NCBI GenBank assembly: GCA_963976765.1
Contig: CAXBME010000016.1
Coordinates: 62,001 to 126,000 of the forward strand
DNA from: an uncultured Planctomycetaceae bacterium
GTDB lineage: Bacteria > Planctomycetota > Planctomycetia > Planctomycetales > Planctomycetaceae
Reading direction: 5' to 3'
DNA length: 64,000 nucleotides
Under the pieces are notes generated by a model. It was not told the DNA's origin and made no database searches. It saw only the letters and a program-made list of their open reading frames with translations. Within the stretch, counting starts at the first letter, position 1; each line of letters begins with the position of its first letter. Below, piece by piece: positions 34,188-43,599 of the stretch. A program made the position numbers and the translations under genes.

Positions 34188-34442
34188 GTTCTCCACCCGA
34201 AATGTTGCCAGGATTTCCGATTGGCAAGCGTCAAGGGTAACGGCAAGCTGACGACGATGGACGTCGGCGGTCAGAAATTCGAGCAAACTGCTCCCCCGAT
34301 TTTGTCAACCTGGTGCTTGCCAGGCCCCACGGGACAGAATAACGTTGCCGGTAAGTGTTTACTCAGTGGTTTGTGGCGTATTGCTGCAGGTTGCGGATCT
34401 TCTTTTGGTCTTCTGTTTTGATTCTCTTTTGGGAGTTCGGCA

Positions 34443-35435
34443 ATGGTGTCGAAGAAATTACGTCGAGGGTTCACCCTCATCGAATTGCTGGTTGTTATTG
34501 CGATTATTGCGATTCTCGTCGCCCTGTTGCTGCCTGCTGTTCAACAAGCCCGTGAAGCGGCTCGCCGGTCAGAGTGCAAGAACAAGCTGAAGCAGATTGG
34601 CCTGGCAATGCACAACTATCACGACGTCAATTCGGTGTTGCCACCGGGTTTTGTCAGCACCAATGCCAATGTGGCCAGCTCGACCAGTTGTGAAGCGAGT
34701 GGCAGATATGCTCCGTGGTCGGTGCTGATTCTTCCCGGTATGGACGCAACCAACCTTTATGAGTCTTTCGATTTTGAAGGAAGCGGAACGAATCTTTTTG
34801 TCAGCTCTCGTGCAGAGGTTCCGACTTCTGGAACAAACTGGGATGCTTTCAACACTCCGAATCCGCTGTATCAGTGCCCTTCCGATTCGAATAACTCCAA
34901 GAATCCGATTCAAAGCAACTACATGGCCGTCATGGGTGGCGGCCCTGCTGGCGATCGATATTGCGATTCGAGCAACATTGGTCGTGCGTACTACAGTAAC
35001 GGGATTTTCTATCAAAGTTCCAAGACCCAGTTCCGTGACATCACCGATGGCTTGTCAAACGTCTTCCTTGTTGGAGAGTCCAAATACATGCTGGGCCCTG
35101 GTGGTCGACCAGACGGACATTACTTCGGCTGGGCGTCGACTTCTCGAGGCGGTGGATCCAGCGTTGCTCCAACGCTCACGGCGGCTCAACTTCCAATCAA
35201 CGACCTGGACAGCGACGGAAGTAAGATGGACACGGGATTCGGCTCTGCCGGTACGATTCCGCCACAGGGACAGGCTATTCAGATGCGAATGTTTGGGAGC
35301 TTTCATGTCGGCGGCTGTCATATGCTGCTGGCCGATGGTTCAACACAATTTGTAGGCGAAAACATCGACATTACTCTGTTTCAACAACTGGCAAGACGTG
35401 AAGACGAACTGCCAACAGGGGGCTTCACGCCATGA
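34443..35435 (+). CDS. DUF1559 prepilin-type N-terminal cleavage/methylation protein
   Basis: GFTLIELLVVIAIIAILVALLLPAVQQAREAARR, CPSD, DITDGLSN, SFHVGG..LLADG. Confidence 0.95.
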   Translation: MVSKKLRRGFTLIELLVVIAIIAILVALLLPAVQQAREAARRSECKNKLKQIGLAMHNYHDVNSVLPPGFVSTNANVASSTSCEASGRYAPWSVLILPGMDATNLYESFDFEGSGTNLFVSSRAEVPTSGTNWDAFNTPNPLYQCPSDSNNSKNPIQSNYMAVMGGGPAGDRYCDSSNIGRAYYSNGIFYQSSKTQFRDITDGLSNVFLVGESKYMLGPGGRPDGHYFGWASTSRGGGSSVAPTLTAAQLPINDLDSDGSKMDTGFGSAGTIPPQGQAIQMRMFGSFHVGGCHMLLADGSTQFVGENIDITLFQQLARREDELPTGGFTP

Positions 35436-35902
35436 CAAATCTCATAGACAAGAAAGTCCGCCGAGTGTCGGCGTGGTCGTTACTGCTTCTGAGCGCGCTG
35501 CTGATGGCAGGGTGTGGCGGAGCTGACGGGCCAGCGCGTTATGACCTGACCGGAGCGATTACCTTTGGGGGCAACCCGATTCCTCGAGGTTCGTTGACTT
35601 TTTCGCCGGATTCGACCCAGGGTAATACTGGTCCGGGAGCGACCGCTGGTATCGTTGATGGGAAGTATGTCACGCAGGAAGGCAAGGGAGTCATCGGTGG
35701 TGCTCATACCGTTGTTATCCAGGCATATGACGGCGTGCCGGTTGAAACTGACGGCGAGGGCATGGATCCCAATGGGAAGTCTCTGTTCCCGTCTTACACG
35801 ATGCAGGTCTCAGTTCCGGAAAACGGCGGCACATTGGACATAGACGTTCCAGGAGATGCAGCTACGTCGGTTAACTCCAGGGGGAATGCAATTAATCCTT
35901 GA
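35432..35902 (+). CDS. lipoprotein, carboxypeptidase-regulatory-like fold (DUF1559 partner)
   Basis: MAGC lipobox, LTGAITFGGNP, GKY. ATGA overlap with the DUF1559 gene. Confidence 0.85.
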   Translation: MTNLIDKKVRRVSAWSLLLLSALLMAGCGGADGPARYDLTGAITFGGNPIPRGSLTFSPDSTQGNTGPGATAGIVDGKYVTQEGKGVIGGAHTVVIQAYDGVPVETDGEGMDPNGKSLFPSYTMQVSVPENGGTLDIDVPGDAATSVNSRGNAINP

Positions 35903-35943
35903 TGGGTCGGGCTCCCAAAGGCTCCATCAACTTGCTCAATCGA

Positions 35944-35983
35944 GTCCCGCTGCAGGTCATCCTGTGGTGGGACTTTTCTTTTT
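35944..35983 (+). terminator. rho-independent terminator
   Basis: GTCCCGCTGCAGG-TCAT-CCTGTGGTGGGAC stem (three G-U pairs) followed by TTTTCTTTTT. Confidence 0.75.
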
Positions 35984-36103
35984 GTCGATGATTATTTGAG
36001 TTCTCCTAACGCGGATGCGTCATAAACGCTGCGGTTACGATTTCCAGCCTTGAGGCGTAAAGGATGCTTTTCCGCGACCACGATCGTGGCTGATCGGTCT
36101 CGT

Positions 36104-36113
36104 TGATATATCA
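36104..36113. promoter_or_regulatory. palindrome TGATATATCA, candidate GntR/FadR-type operator
   Basis: Perfect 10-bp AT-rich palindrome in the intergenic region upstream of the DUF1501 operon. Regulator family is inferred. Confidence 0.3.
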
Positions 36114-36335
36114 GGTTTTGATGAGTCTTACATTCAGCAAAAAGAGTCGCTCAACGGATGAACGAACATCGCAAGAGCACGTGGCTGGCAAGCCTGGACC
36201 TTTCTAAGTTGCGTGTCCTGTCGTTTGCCGAAAGAATTGCGGGCAGGATGCCAGGCAAACCAGAGTGGGCTGAACGTTCCGTGTTGGGACAGCCGCACCA
36301 ACTGTGCCTGGGCTCTCGGGGAGGACTTAGTCGCA

Positions 36336-37712
36336 ATGCTACATTTTGAAGGAAACGGCACATCTCATACCTGTGACGGTGCGACCCGAAGAGACTTTCT
36401 TCAAACCGGCGTACTTGGAGCCACAGGCTTTACCCTGGCTCAGCATGCTCAGGCGAAGGAGCAGGGACTGATTGCAGAGGGGAATGATCAACGCTCTGTA
36501 ATTATGATCTTTAATCTTGGAGCACCCTCGCAGGTCGATACATGGGATATGAAGCCGGAGGCTCCGGCGGAAATTCGTGGGCCGTTCAAACCAATCGCCA
36601 CGAACGCTTCGGGAGTCGAGATCTCAGAAATCTTTCCGCGACATGCCGAAATCGCTGACAGGATTTCCTTCGTCCGATCCTGCTTTCACACCAGCGCTGC
36701 GGTACATGACGCCGGGTGGCAGATGATGCAGACCGGGCGGCAGTTTTCCGGCGGTGTTGAAACTCCTCATGCCGGAGCGGTCGCCAGTTATCTGCAGGGG
36801 CGTCGAACCGACCTGCCTCCGTTTGTCGTGCTGCCACAGACGATGGGACGGGGTGGCGGCAATCTTCCGAACGGGCAGGCGGGAGGTTTCCTCGGGAAGT
36901 CGCACGACCCGTTTGCTTTGAACGCTGATCCGTCGAAAGAGAATTTTCAAGTTCCGGATTTGCTGCCGCCAGCGGATATCGGCACGGTCCGGCTCGATCG
37001 TCGTCGCAAGTTGCGAGACCTGGTCGACGATACGGTCAAAAGTTTTGACGCCAGTGACAATGCAAAACTGCTCGACAACAACTTCGAGACAGCCTATCGC
37101 ATGATGACCAGCGCGCAGGCTCGCGAAGCATTCGACCTTTCAAAGGAACCAGCTTCGGTGCGGGACCGTTACGGCAGGACCCGGTTCGGGCAATGCTGTC
37201 TGCTGGCTCGGCGACTCGTTGAGTCAGGCGTACGGTTCGTCACGATCAACACCTTCCTGACGGTCTTCGACGAGATCACCTGGGATATCCACGGTTCGAA
37301 GCCGTTCACGTCGATCGAGGGCATGAAGAACGACGTCGCTCCAATGTATGACCAGGCTTATTCCGCATTGATCAGCGATCTTGTCGAGCGAGGCATGCTC
37401 GAAGATACGCTGGTCTGTAACCTCGCCGAGTTTGGTCGCACTCCACGAGTCAACCCCGCCGGCGGTCGAGATCACTGGCCTCAATGCTTCACGACTTACT
37501 TTGCAGGCGGAGGCGTGCAGGGCGGACGCGTTGTCGGACGCAGCGATCCAATCGGCGGTGTCCCAGACGAGCGTCCGTGCGACCCCGGAAACATTGTTGC
37601 GACGATTTTCAAGTCGCTCGGCTACAACCTTGAATCCCACCTCCCCGGCCCCGCTGGCCGACCGTTCCCGCTGGTCGACTTCGGTAAGCAGCCCATTGAT
37701 GAGCTGTTTTGA
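36336..37712 (+). CDS. DUF1501 domain protein
   Basis: GGAGGA RBS then ATG 36336; TRRDFL, DTWDMKP, CLLARRLVESGVRFV, AEFGRTP, GRDHW. Confidence 0.92.
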   Translation: MLHFEGNGTSHTCDGATRRDFLQTGVLGATGFTLAQHAQAKEQGLIAEGNDQRSVIMIFNLGAPSQVDTWDMKPEAPAEIRGPFKPIATNASGVEISEIFPRHAEIADRISFVRSCFHTSAAVHDAGWQMMQTGRQFSGGVETPHAGAVASYLQGRRTDLPPFVVLPQTMGRGGGNLPNGQAGGFLGKSHDPFALNADPSKENFQVPDLLPPADIGTVRLDRRRKLRDLVDDTVKSFDASDNAKLLDNNFETAYRMMTSAQAREAFDLSKEPASVRDRYGRTRFGQCCLLARRLVESGVRFVTINTFLTVFDEITWDIHGSKPFTSIEGMKNDVAPMYDQAYSALISDLVERGMLEDTLVCNLAEFGRTPRVNPAGGRDHWPQCFTTYFAGGGVQGGRVVGRSDPIGGVPDERPCDPGNIVATIFKSLGYNLESHLPGPAGRPFPLVDFGKQPIDELF

Positions 37713-37881
37713 CGTCGGCAATGTGAATCAGTTCTAACCTTCGAGGCTCTGGGACACGGAGCAAACTTCTTATCTAAACAGACTGTTAACTCTGTGTCTT
37801 TCCGCCGCAACGGTTAAGCCCGGAAGTGTCTCGGACGCAGGGCATGTGGAATAACTACTGCACATTCCGGGAGTTCGGGCC

Positions 37882-38337
37882 GTGCTGAATCATTACTCTG
37901 GTCACGACAACTTGAACCGAAACTGCGCCATGTGGAGCTTGATGGTCTTGCTGCTGGTAGTGACCGGGTGCGGTGGTGAGTCGGTTCCTGTTGAGTATTC
38001 TGGCCCGCCGACGGTGTCCGGAAAGGTGTCGCTGGACGGTACTCCGCTGAGTGGCGTGACGGTCTCTTTCGAAAAGACAGAAAGCAAACCTCTTCAAGCG
38101 GTCACCAGCGATTCGGGGCGTTACGAATTTATGGGCAAAGAATCGACACCGCCGCTGGGCAAGTATCTGGTGCGCATTACGCGTTTGAGCGGTTCGGAGA
38201 CAAGCGACTCGGAACCACAAACGCTGCCAGCTCGCTATAACTCGAACAGCGATCTGGTTGTTGACGTCCTGCCTGGTCAAAACGCGATCGACTTTTCGCT
38301 CACAACTGCTTCGGAAGAAGACGGTACTGAGGAGTGA
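37882..38337 (+). CDS. lipoprotein, carboxypeptidase-regulatory-like fold
   Basis: VTGC lipobox, VSGKVSLDGTPL, LPARYN. Start may be ATG 37930. Confidence 0.85.
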   Translation: MLNHYSGHDNLNRNCAMWSLMVLLLVVTGCGGESVPVEYSGPPTVSGKVSLDGTPLSGVTVSFEKTESKPLQAVTSDSGRYEFMGKESTPPLGKYLVRITRLSGSETSDSEPQTLPARYNSNSDLVVDVLPGQNAIDFSLTTASEEDGTEE

Positions 38338-38383
38338 AGCGATGGATTGGCGTCGAGGCAAGTTTTGGAATTAGAGTTCCTGT

Positions 38384-40945
38384 ATGAGAGTACCGTCAGT
38401 CGAGGGTTTGCAGATGTTTGATCAGTCGATTCGGTCAGCCTGTTCAGCGGTGTTTACGGCGATCGTAGTCGTCTCCAGCGTCGCCGCAGGGCCAGGTCCT
38501 GGCTCCTCAATGGCTGCTGAGACTGAGTTGGAGATCGTTCCTGTATCGATTGACCTGACCGGTCTGAATTCATCAAGCCGAGTTCTCGTCGAAAAAGTCG
38601 CAGGGGCACAGCGAGTTGGTCAGGTCATGTCTGGTATCAAGTGGTCGACTGACGATGCGTCTGTCGCGATCGTGAGTGATCGCGAAGTAACTGCGATTGG
38701 CAATGGTTCAACGACCTTGCGAGCGACGGTCAATGGCAAAACGCTGACGGCGAAAGTGACCATCCATCAGGCGGACGGGCAGCTGTCTCCGACTTTTCGA
38801 AATCACGTACTGGCTGTTTTTGCAAAGACCGGCTGCAACTCCGGAGCGTGTCATGGCGCCCTGGCCGGAAAAGGTGGGTTTCGACTTTCGCTGCGAGGTT
38901 ACGATCCGGCGACAGACTATCAAACGATCGTGACACAAGCCCGTGGGCGGCGGATTGAGTTGGCAGATCCTGGGCGAAGTCTCATTCTTGCAAAGCCGAC
39001 CGGAGCGTTGCCTCACAAGGGCGGGCTGCGGTTTGAAACAGACTCGCGCGAGTACAGAGTGATTGCCGACTGGGTCGCAGGCGGAGCGGTGCCGCCTGCT
39101 GACGACGATCCGACTGTAGAACGAGTTGAGATTCTTCCGGACGCCGTGCAGTTGTCCGTTGGGGACGAACAGGACTTCATCGTCCGGGCTCATTATTCGA
39201 ACGGTCGGGTTGAGGATGTCACTCGCTGGGTGAAGTTTTCATCGTCGAACGAGTCGGTGGCGAGTGTCGATAAGGACGGGCGAGTTGCTGTAATTGGTCC
39301 GGGGGTCGGAGCAGTGACGGCGTGGTTCGCAAGTCAGACAGTAATTTCAAGAATCACGTGCGCATTCCCGAACGACATTCCTGCCGAGGTCTACGGAAAC
39401 CAGCCTCGCCGCAATTTCATCGACGAGCATATCGTCGCGAAGTTGAGCGAGTTGCGGCTGGAGCCGTCGCCGCCGTGTTCGGACGTTGTCTTCGTGCGTC
39501 GAGCATTCCTCGACGTGATTGGAACACTGCCAACTCCGGCGGAAGTGCGCGCGTTCCTCGCCGACGAGACTGAAGGCAAGCGTGATCGCCTCATCGAATC
39601 GTTGCTGGCTCGGCCCGAGTTCGTCGACTACTGGGCTTACAAGTGGAGCGACGTGCTGCTGGTAAACGGAAACAAGCTGCGTCCAAAGGGCGTAAAGGCT
39701 TACTACGAATGGATCCGGAACGAGATTGCAGAGAATACGCCGTGGGACGAGTTCGTTCGAAAAATCGTGACGTCAACTGGTGGCTCGATCGAAAACGGAG
39801 CGACGAACTTTTTCGCTCTGCATCAGGATCCTGAGAACATGGCCGAGAACGTCAGCCAGGCGTTTCTTGGGTTGTCGATTGCCTGCGCCAAGTGTCACAA
39901 CCACCCGCTCGAAAAATGGACGAACTCACAATACTACGCGTTTGCCAATCTGTTTTCGCGAGTGCGTGCGAAAGGTTGGGGCGGCGACTTCCGAAACGGC
40001 GACGGTGTGCGAACACTCTACGTCGTGCCGACTGGCGAGTTGATTCAACCACTGACCGGTAAGCCTCAACCGCCGACGCCGCTCGACGGAGAACCGTTGC
40101 CGTTTGACGCGACTGAAGATCGACGAATTCATCTCGCGAACTGGTTGACCGCTCCGGACAATCCCTACTTCGCCCGTGCGATTACAAATCGTGTCTGGGC
40201 GAGCTTTTTCGGTCCCGGCCTGGTTGAAGAAGTCGACGACTTGAGATTGTCGAATCCGGCCAGTAACGAAGAACTTCTGACCGCCGCGTCGCAACACCTG
40301 ATTGATCACGGTTTCGACCTGAAGTCATTGATGCGGACAATCCTGCAATCACACACCTACCAGCGAAGCAGCGTGCCGCTCAACAGCAATCGCGACGAAC
40401 AACGGTTCTACTCGCGTTACTACCCGAAACGGCTGATGGCCGAGGTACTCCTTGACGCGATCTCGCAAGTCACCGAGGTTCCGACGCCGTTTACACATAT
40501 CGGATTTCCGGGTGGAGACCGGCAGGAAACGAAGGAGTATCCGTTGGGCACTCGGGCAATTCAGCTTCACGATTCAGCGGTCGAGTCGTACTTTCTGAAA
40601 ACGTTCGGACGAAATTCGCGAGCGATCACGTGTGAGTGCGAACGATCGGACGAACCCAGTATGGTGCAAGTCCTGCACGTCGCCAACGGCGACACGATCA
40701 ACGGCAAGCTGAAGGAAAAAGAAAACCGAGTCAGTAAACTACTTGCCGCAGGACATTCATCGGCGGATCTGACGGACGAAATTTTCCTGTATGCTCTTTC
40801 GCGGTTTCCGACTGAGGAAGAAAAGTCACGAATTGTTGAACTGCTCAGCCAGACGCCGGACGAAAACACGACTGAGAAACGTCTGGTTGTTGAAGATATC
40901 TTCTGGAGCCTACTGAGCACCCGCGAGTTCCTGTTTAATCACTGA
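38384..40945 (+). CDS. DUF1549/DUF1553 protein with Ig-like domains
   Basis: GCNSGACHG, HKGG, DVTRW, CAKCHNHPLEKW, CECER, LLSTREFLFNH. Confidence 0.92.
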   Translation: MRVPSVEGLQMFDQSIRSACSAVFTAIVVVSSVAAGPGPGSSMAAETELEIVPVSIDLTGLNSSSRVLVEKVAGAQRVGQVMSGIKWSTDDASVAIVSDREVTAIGNGSTTLRATVNGKTLTAKVTIHQADGQLSPTFRNHVLAVFAKTGCNSGACHGALAGKGGFRLSLRGYDPATDYQTIVTQARGRRIELADPGRSLILAKPTGALPHKGGLRFETDSREYRVIADWVAGGAVPPADDDPTVERVEILPDAVQLSVGDEQDFIVRAHYSNGRVEDVTRWVKFSSSNESVASVDKDGRVAVIGPGVGAVTAWFASQTVISRITCAFPNDIPAEVYGNQPRRNFIDEHIVAKLSELRLEPSPPCSDVVFVRRAFLDVIGTLPTPAEVRAFLADETEGKRDRLIESLLARPEFVDYWAYKWSDVLLVNGNKLRPKGVKAYYEWIRNEIAENTPWDEFVRKIVTSTGGSIENGATNFFALHQDPENMAENVSQAFLGLSIACAKCHNHPLEKWTNSQYYAFANLFSRVRAKGWGGDFRNGDGVRTLYVVPTGELIQPLTGKPQPPTPLDGEPLPFDATEDRRIHLANWLTAPDNPYFARAITNRVWASFFGPGLVEEVDDLRLSNPASNEELLTAASQHLIDHGFDLKSLMRTILQSHTYQRSSVPLNSNRDEQRFYSRYYPKRLMAEVLLDAISQVTEVPTPFTHIGFPGGDRQETKEYPLGTRAIQLHDSAVESYFLKTFGRNSRAITCECERSDEPSMVQVLHVANGDTINGKLKEKENRVSKLLAAGHSSADLTDEIFLYALSRFPTEEEKSRIVELLSQTPDENTTEKRLVVEDIFWSLLSTREFLFNH

Positions 40946-41011
40946 GTTGCCGAGGCCGCTGAGTGGTGCATTTGATCGCCCCACTAAAGTTGCAATCAGA
41001 CGGTGATAAGG

Positions 41012-41269
41012 ATGGAGCCGCGAAAACTTCTCCGATAGATTCCTGCTGGCTCTGAGGCAGTTCGGTTTCATGATTTCACAGGCCTCGTCGAAGCATTCGA
41101 ATTTCGGCTGGGTCGTGTTCGTGGAAGTCATCATATCTTTATTCATACCGGCATTGACGGGCTATTGAATGTGTAGAATGCTCACGGAGAAGCCAAACGG
41201 TATTAGATTCGGCAGTTTCTGAAGCTCGTCGAGAAGCACCATCTGACGATTAGGGATAGCCATGAATGA
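41012..41269 (+). pseudogene. hicA: HicA-family toxin with three in-frame TAG codons
   Basis: MEPRKLLR*IPAGSEAVRFHDFTGLVEAFEFRLGRVRGSHHIFIHTGIDGLLNV*NAHGEAKRY*IRQFLKLVEKHHL. GSH motif intact, no frameshift, final TGA overlaps the hicB ATG. Confidence 0.85.
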
Positions 41270-41484
41270 GTGATTACCACATCAACATTTTCTACAGCGA
41301 CGAAGATCAGGGATACATTGCGGACATTCCTGACCTGGAATCCTGCTCTGCCTTTGGTGGCTCGCCGGAAGATACGTTGTCTGAAGTCAAACTGGCGAAA
41401 GAGGCATGGCTTGAAGCAGCCACAAAGAACGGAAAGCCAATTCCCGCTCCACGGTGTCGACCTGCGACTTATGAAGTGCAATGA
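41266..41484 (+). CDS. hicB: HicB-family antitoxin
   Basis: YHINIFYSDEDQGYIADIPDLESCSAFG...AWLEAATKNGKPIPAP. Confidence 0.88.
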   Translation: MSDYHINIFYSDEDQGYIADIPDLESCSAFGGSPEDTLSEVKLAKEAWLEAATKNGKPIPAPRCRPATYEVQ

Positions 41485-41512
41485 CGCGATTTGAGATGGA
41501 CGCCCTTTATGA

Positions 41513-41581
41513 GCAGGGTGCGCGTCTCGATGCACCACCCCGATCGACTGAAATCACAATGGTGCGCAAAACGCACTCTAC
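41513..41581. repeat. degenerate inverted REP-like pair
   Basis: GCAGGGTGCGCGTCTCGATGCACCA ... TGGTGCGCAAAACGCACTCTAC: two GTAG-type hairpins in inverted orientation. Confidence 0.5.
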
Positions 41582-41610
41582 GAAACTGGCATAGACTTCG
41601 GAGCAGATAA

Positions 41611-43419
41611 GTGAGCGTTGCTGAACTGGCGATTGTGAATATCGCTGCCTACAAATTTGTCGAATTGGATCGGTTGCCTGAACGGCGGGAACAGGTACGT
41701 GAACTGGCTCGAAAGCTCGACCTCAAAGGAACCGTGCTGCTGAGCGAAGAGGGGATCAACCTTTTTATCGCTGGAAGTCGAGAGGCAATTGATCAGTTTC
41801 TCGCCGATCTCCGAGCGGATGAGCGGTTAAGTGATCTGATGGCCAAGGAAAGCCTAAGCGAGCGGCAGCCGTTCACCCGAATGCTCGTCAAAATCAAAAA
41901 CGAGATTATTTCGTTCGGCATCGACGGCATTGATCCCCGGCAGAGAACGTCTCCCAAACTGCCGCCGGAGCAGTTGAAGCAGTGGCTCGACGAAGGTCGA
42001 CCTGTTCATCTACTGGACACTCGAAACGATTACGAAGTCGAAGTCGGCACTTTCAGCAATGCTCATGTACTGGGGATCGATCACTTTCGGGAGTTTCCGG
42101 AGGCGATCGATTCATTGCCCGCGTCAATGAAGGACGAGCCAATCGTTATGTTCTGCACCGGCGGCATTCGGTGCGAAAAGGCTGGACCATTCATGCAGGA
42201 GCGTGGCTTCAGGAATGTCTTTCAACTGGACGGTGGGATTCTGAAATACTTCGAAGAGTGCGGCGGCGACCACTACGACGGTGACTGCTTTGTGTTTGAC
42301 CAGCGAGTTGCTGTCGATCCACAGCTTAGAGAGACGGCGGTCGAGCAATGCTTTGCGTGTCAGATGCCGTTGACGGTCAAAGATCAGAGTTTGCCATCTT
42401 ACGAGCCAGGCGTTTCATGTCGGTACTGCTACCAGAGTCCAGAAGAGAAGCAGCGAGAGTTGCTGATGGAACGCCGGGCCGCAATCCATCGAGTGACTAC
42501 CCCCTTGCCAGGGAGCGTTCCATACGATAACCGCCGCCCGGTGAATGTTCCCGAGCGATTCGCAGGACGAACGCTGATTGATTTTCTTTCAGAGTGGCAT
42601 CCGCAGATTGAACGCGAGACGTGGCGGAAGAAGATTCTTGACGGCCACATCCTTCGTGTGAAGAAGACGAGTGAAGAACGGGTATCTCCGGAAGTGAGCG
42701 TTCTTCCTGGCGAGCGGTACGAGCATCTCATTCCTGCAACGATCGAGCCGTCCGTTAATGCGGACATCGAGGTGCTTTACGAAGATGACTGCCTGGTCGT
42801 TATCAACAAGCCTGCCCCGCTGCCAATGCACGCGTGTGGTCGCTTTAACAGAAATACGCTGCAGTACATTCTGAATGAGGTCTACAGGGACAAGTACCTT
42901 CGGATGGCGCACCGACTGGATGCCAGCACATCCGGCGTCGCAGTGTTCTGCCAGACGCGGGATGTCGCACGGTTCGTACAACCTCAATTTGAGAATCGTA
43001 AGGTGAAGAAGTTTTATGTTGCGCGAGTGATAGGGTACCCGCCGGACGACGACTTCTCCTGCACGGCGGCCATCAGTGCAAGCCCCGCTGAAGACGGGTT
43101 GAGAACGATCGCTAATGACGGCCTTGCCTCCGAGACTCACTTCACAACACTGGAACGCTTCCCGGACGGGACGACTCTGGTCGAAGCGCGACCAGTGACC
43201 GGACGCACGAATCAGATCCGGGCGCATCTCTGGCATCTTGGGTTTCCCATTTGCGGCGATCCGATCTATTTATCGGAAGGCAACCTGGGGACCGGAAAAA
43301 CTCCTGGTATTGACGATCCACCGCTTTGTCTGCACTCACAATCGATTCGGTTGGTGCATCCGAAGTCGAAAGATCCAGTCACGTTCGAAGCTCCGCTGCC
43401 GGATTGGGCAGTCAGTTAG
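41611..43419 (+). CDS. TrhO-like rhodanese protein fused to RluA-family pseudouridine synthase
   Basis: AAYKF, EGIN, LDTRNDYE, FCTGGIRCEK, GGILKY, CFVFD (TrhO); NKP, HRLD..TSG, TGRTNQIRAH, GDPIY, LCLHS (RluA). Confidence 0.88.
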   Translation: MSVAELAIVNIAAYKFVELDRLPERREQVRELARKLDLKGTVLLSEEGINLFIAGSREAIDQFLADLRADERLSDLMAKESLSERQPFTRMLVKIKNEIISFGIDGIDPRQRTSPKLPPEQLKQWLDEGRPVHLLDTRNDYEVEVGTFSNAHVLGIDHFREFPEAIDSLPASMKDEPIVMFCTGGIRCEKAGPFMQERGFRNVFQLDGGILKYFEECGGDHYDGDCFVFDQRVAVDPQLRETAVEQCFACQMPLTVKDQSLPSYEPGVSCRYCYQSPEEKQRELLMERRAAIHRVTTPLPGSVPYDNRRPVNVPERFAGRTLIDFLSEWHPQIERETWRKKILDGHILRVKKTSEERVSPEVSVLPGERYEHLIPATIEPSVNADIEVLYEDDCLVVINKPAPLPMHACGRFNRNTLQYILNEVYRDKYLRMAHRLDASTSGVAVFCQTRDVARFVQPQFENRKVKKFYVARVIGYPPDDDFSCTAAISASPAEDGLRTIANDGLASETHFTTLERFPDGTTLVEARPVTGRTNQIRAHLWHLGFPICGDPIYLSEGNLGTGKTPGIDDPPLCLHSQSIRLVHPKSKDPVTFEAPLPDWAVS

Positions 43420-43463
43420 AAGCCAATTTCCCGGCTGCGGCTCGCAACCTGCCATGACGATAC

Positions 43464-43493
43464 CGCCCACCAGCCGCAATTTTCTGGTGGGCG
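43464..43493. terminator. hairpin between convergent genes
   Basis: CGCCCACCAG-N10-CTGGTGGGCG perfect 10-bp stem; no U tract. Confidence 0.4.
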
Positions 43494-43599
43494 CAGGGTA
43501 CTCATGCTGCAATCCGAATCGTTGAGCGACAGGAAGGCGTCCGCATCTGCCCTCAGAATCGCAGTCGCTCACCGCTCAGAACAGGACTTCTGACGACGA

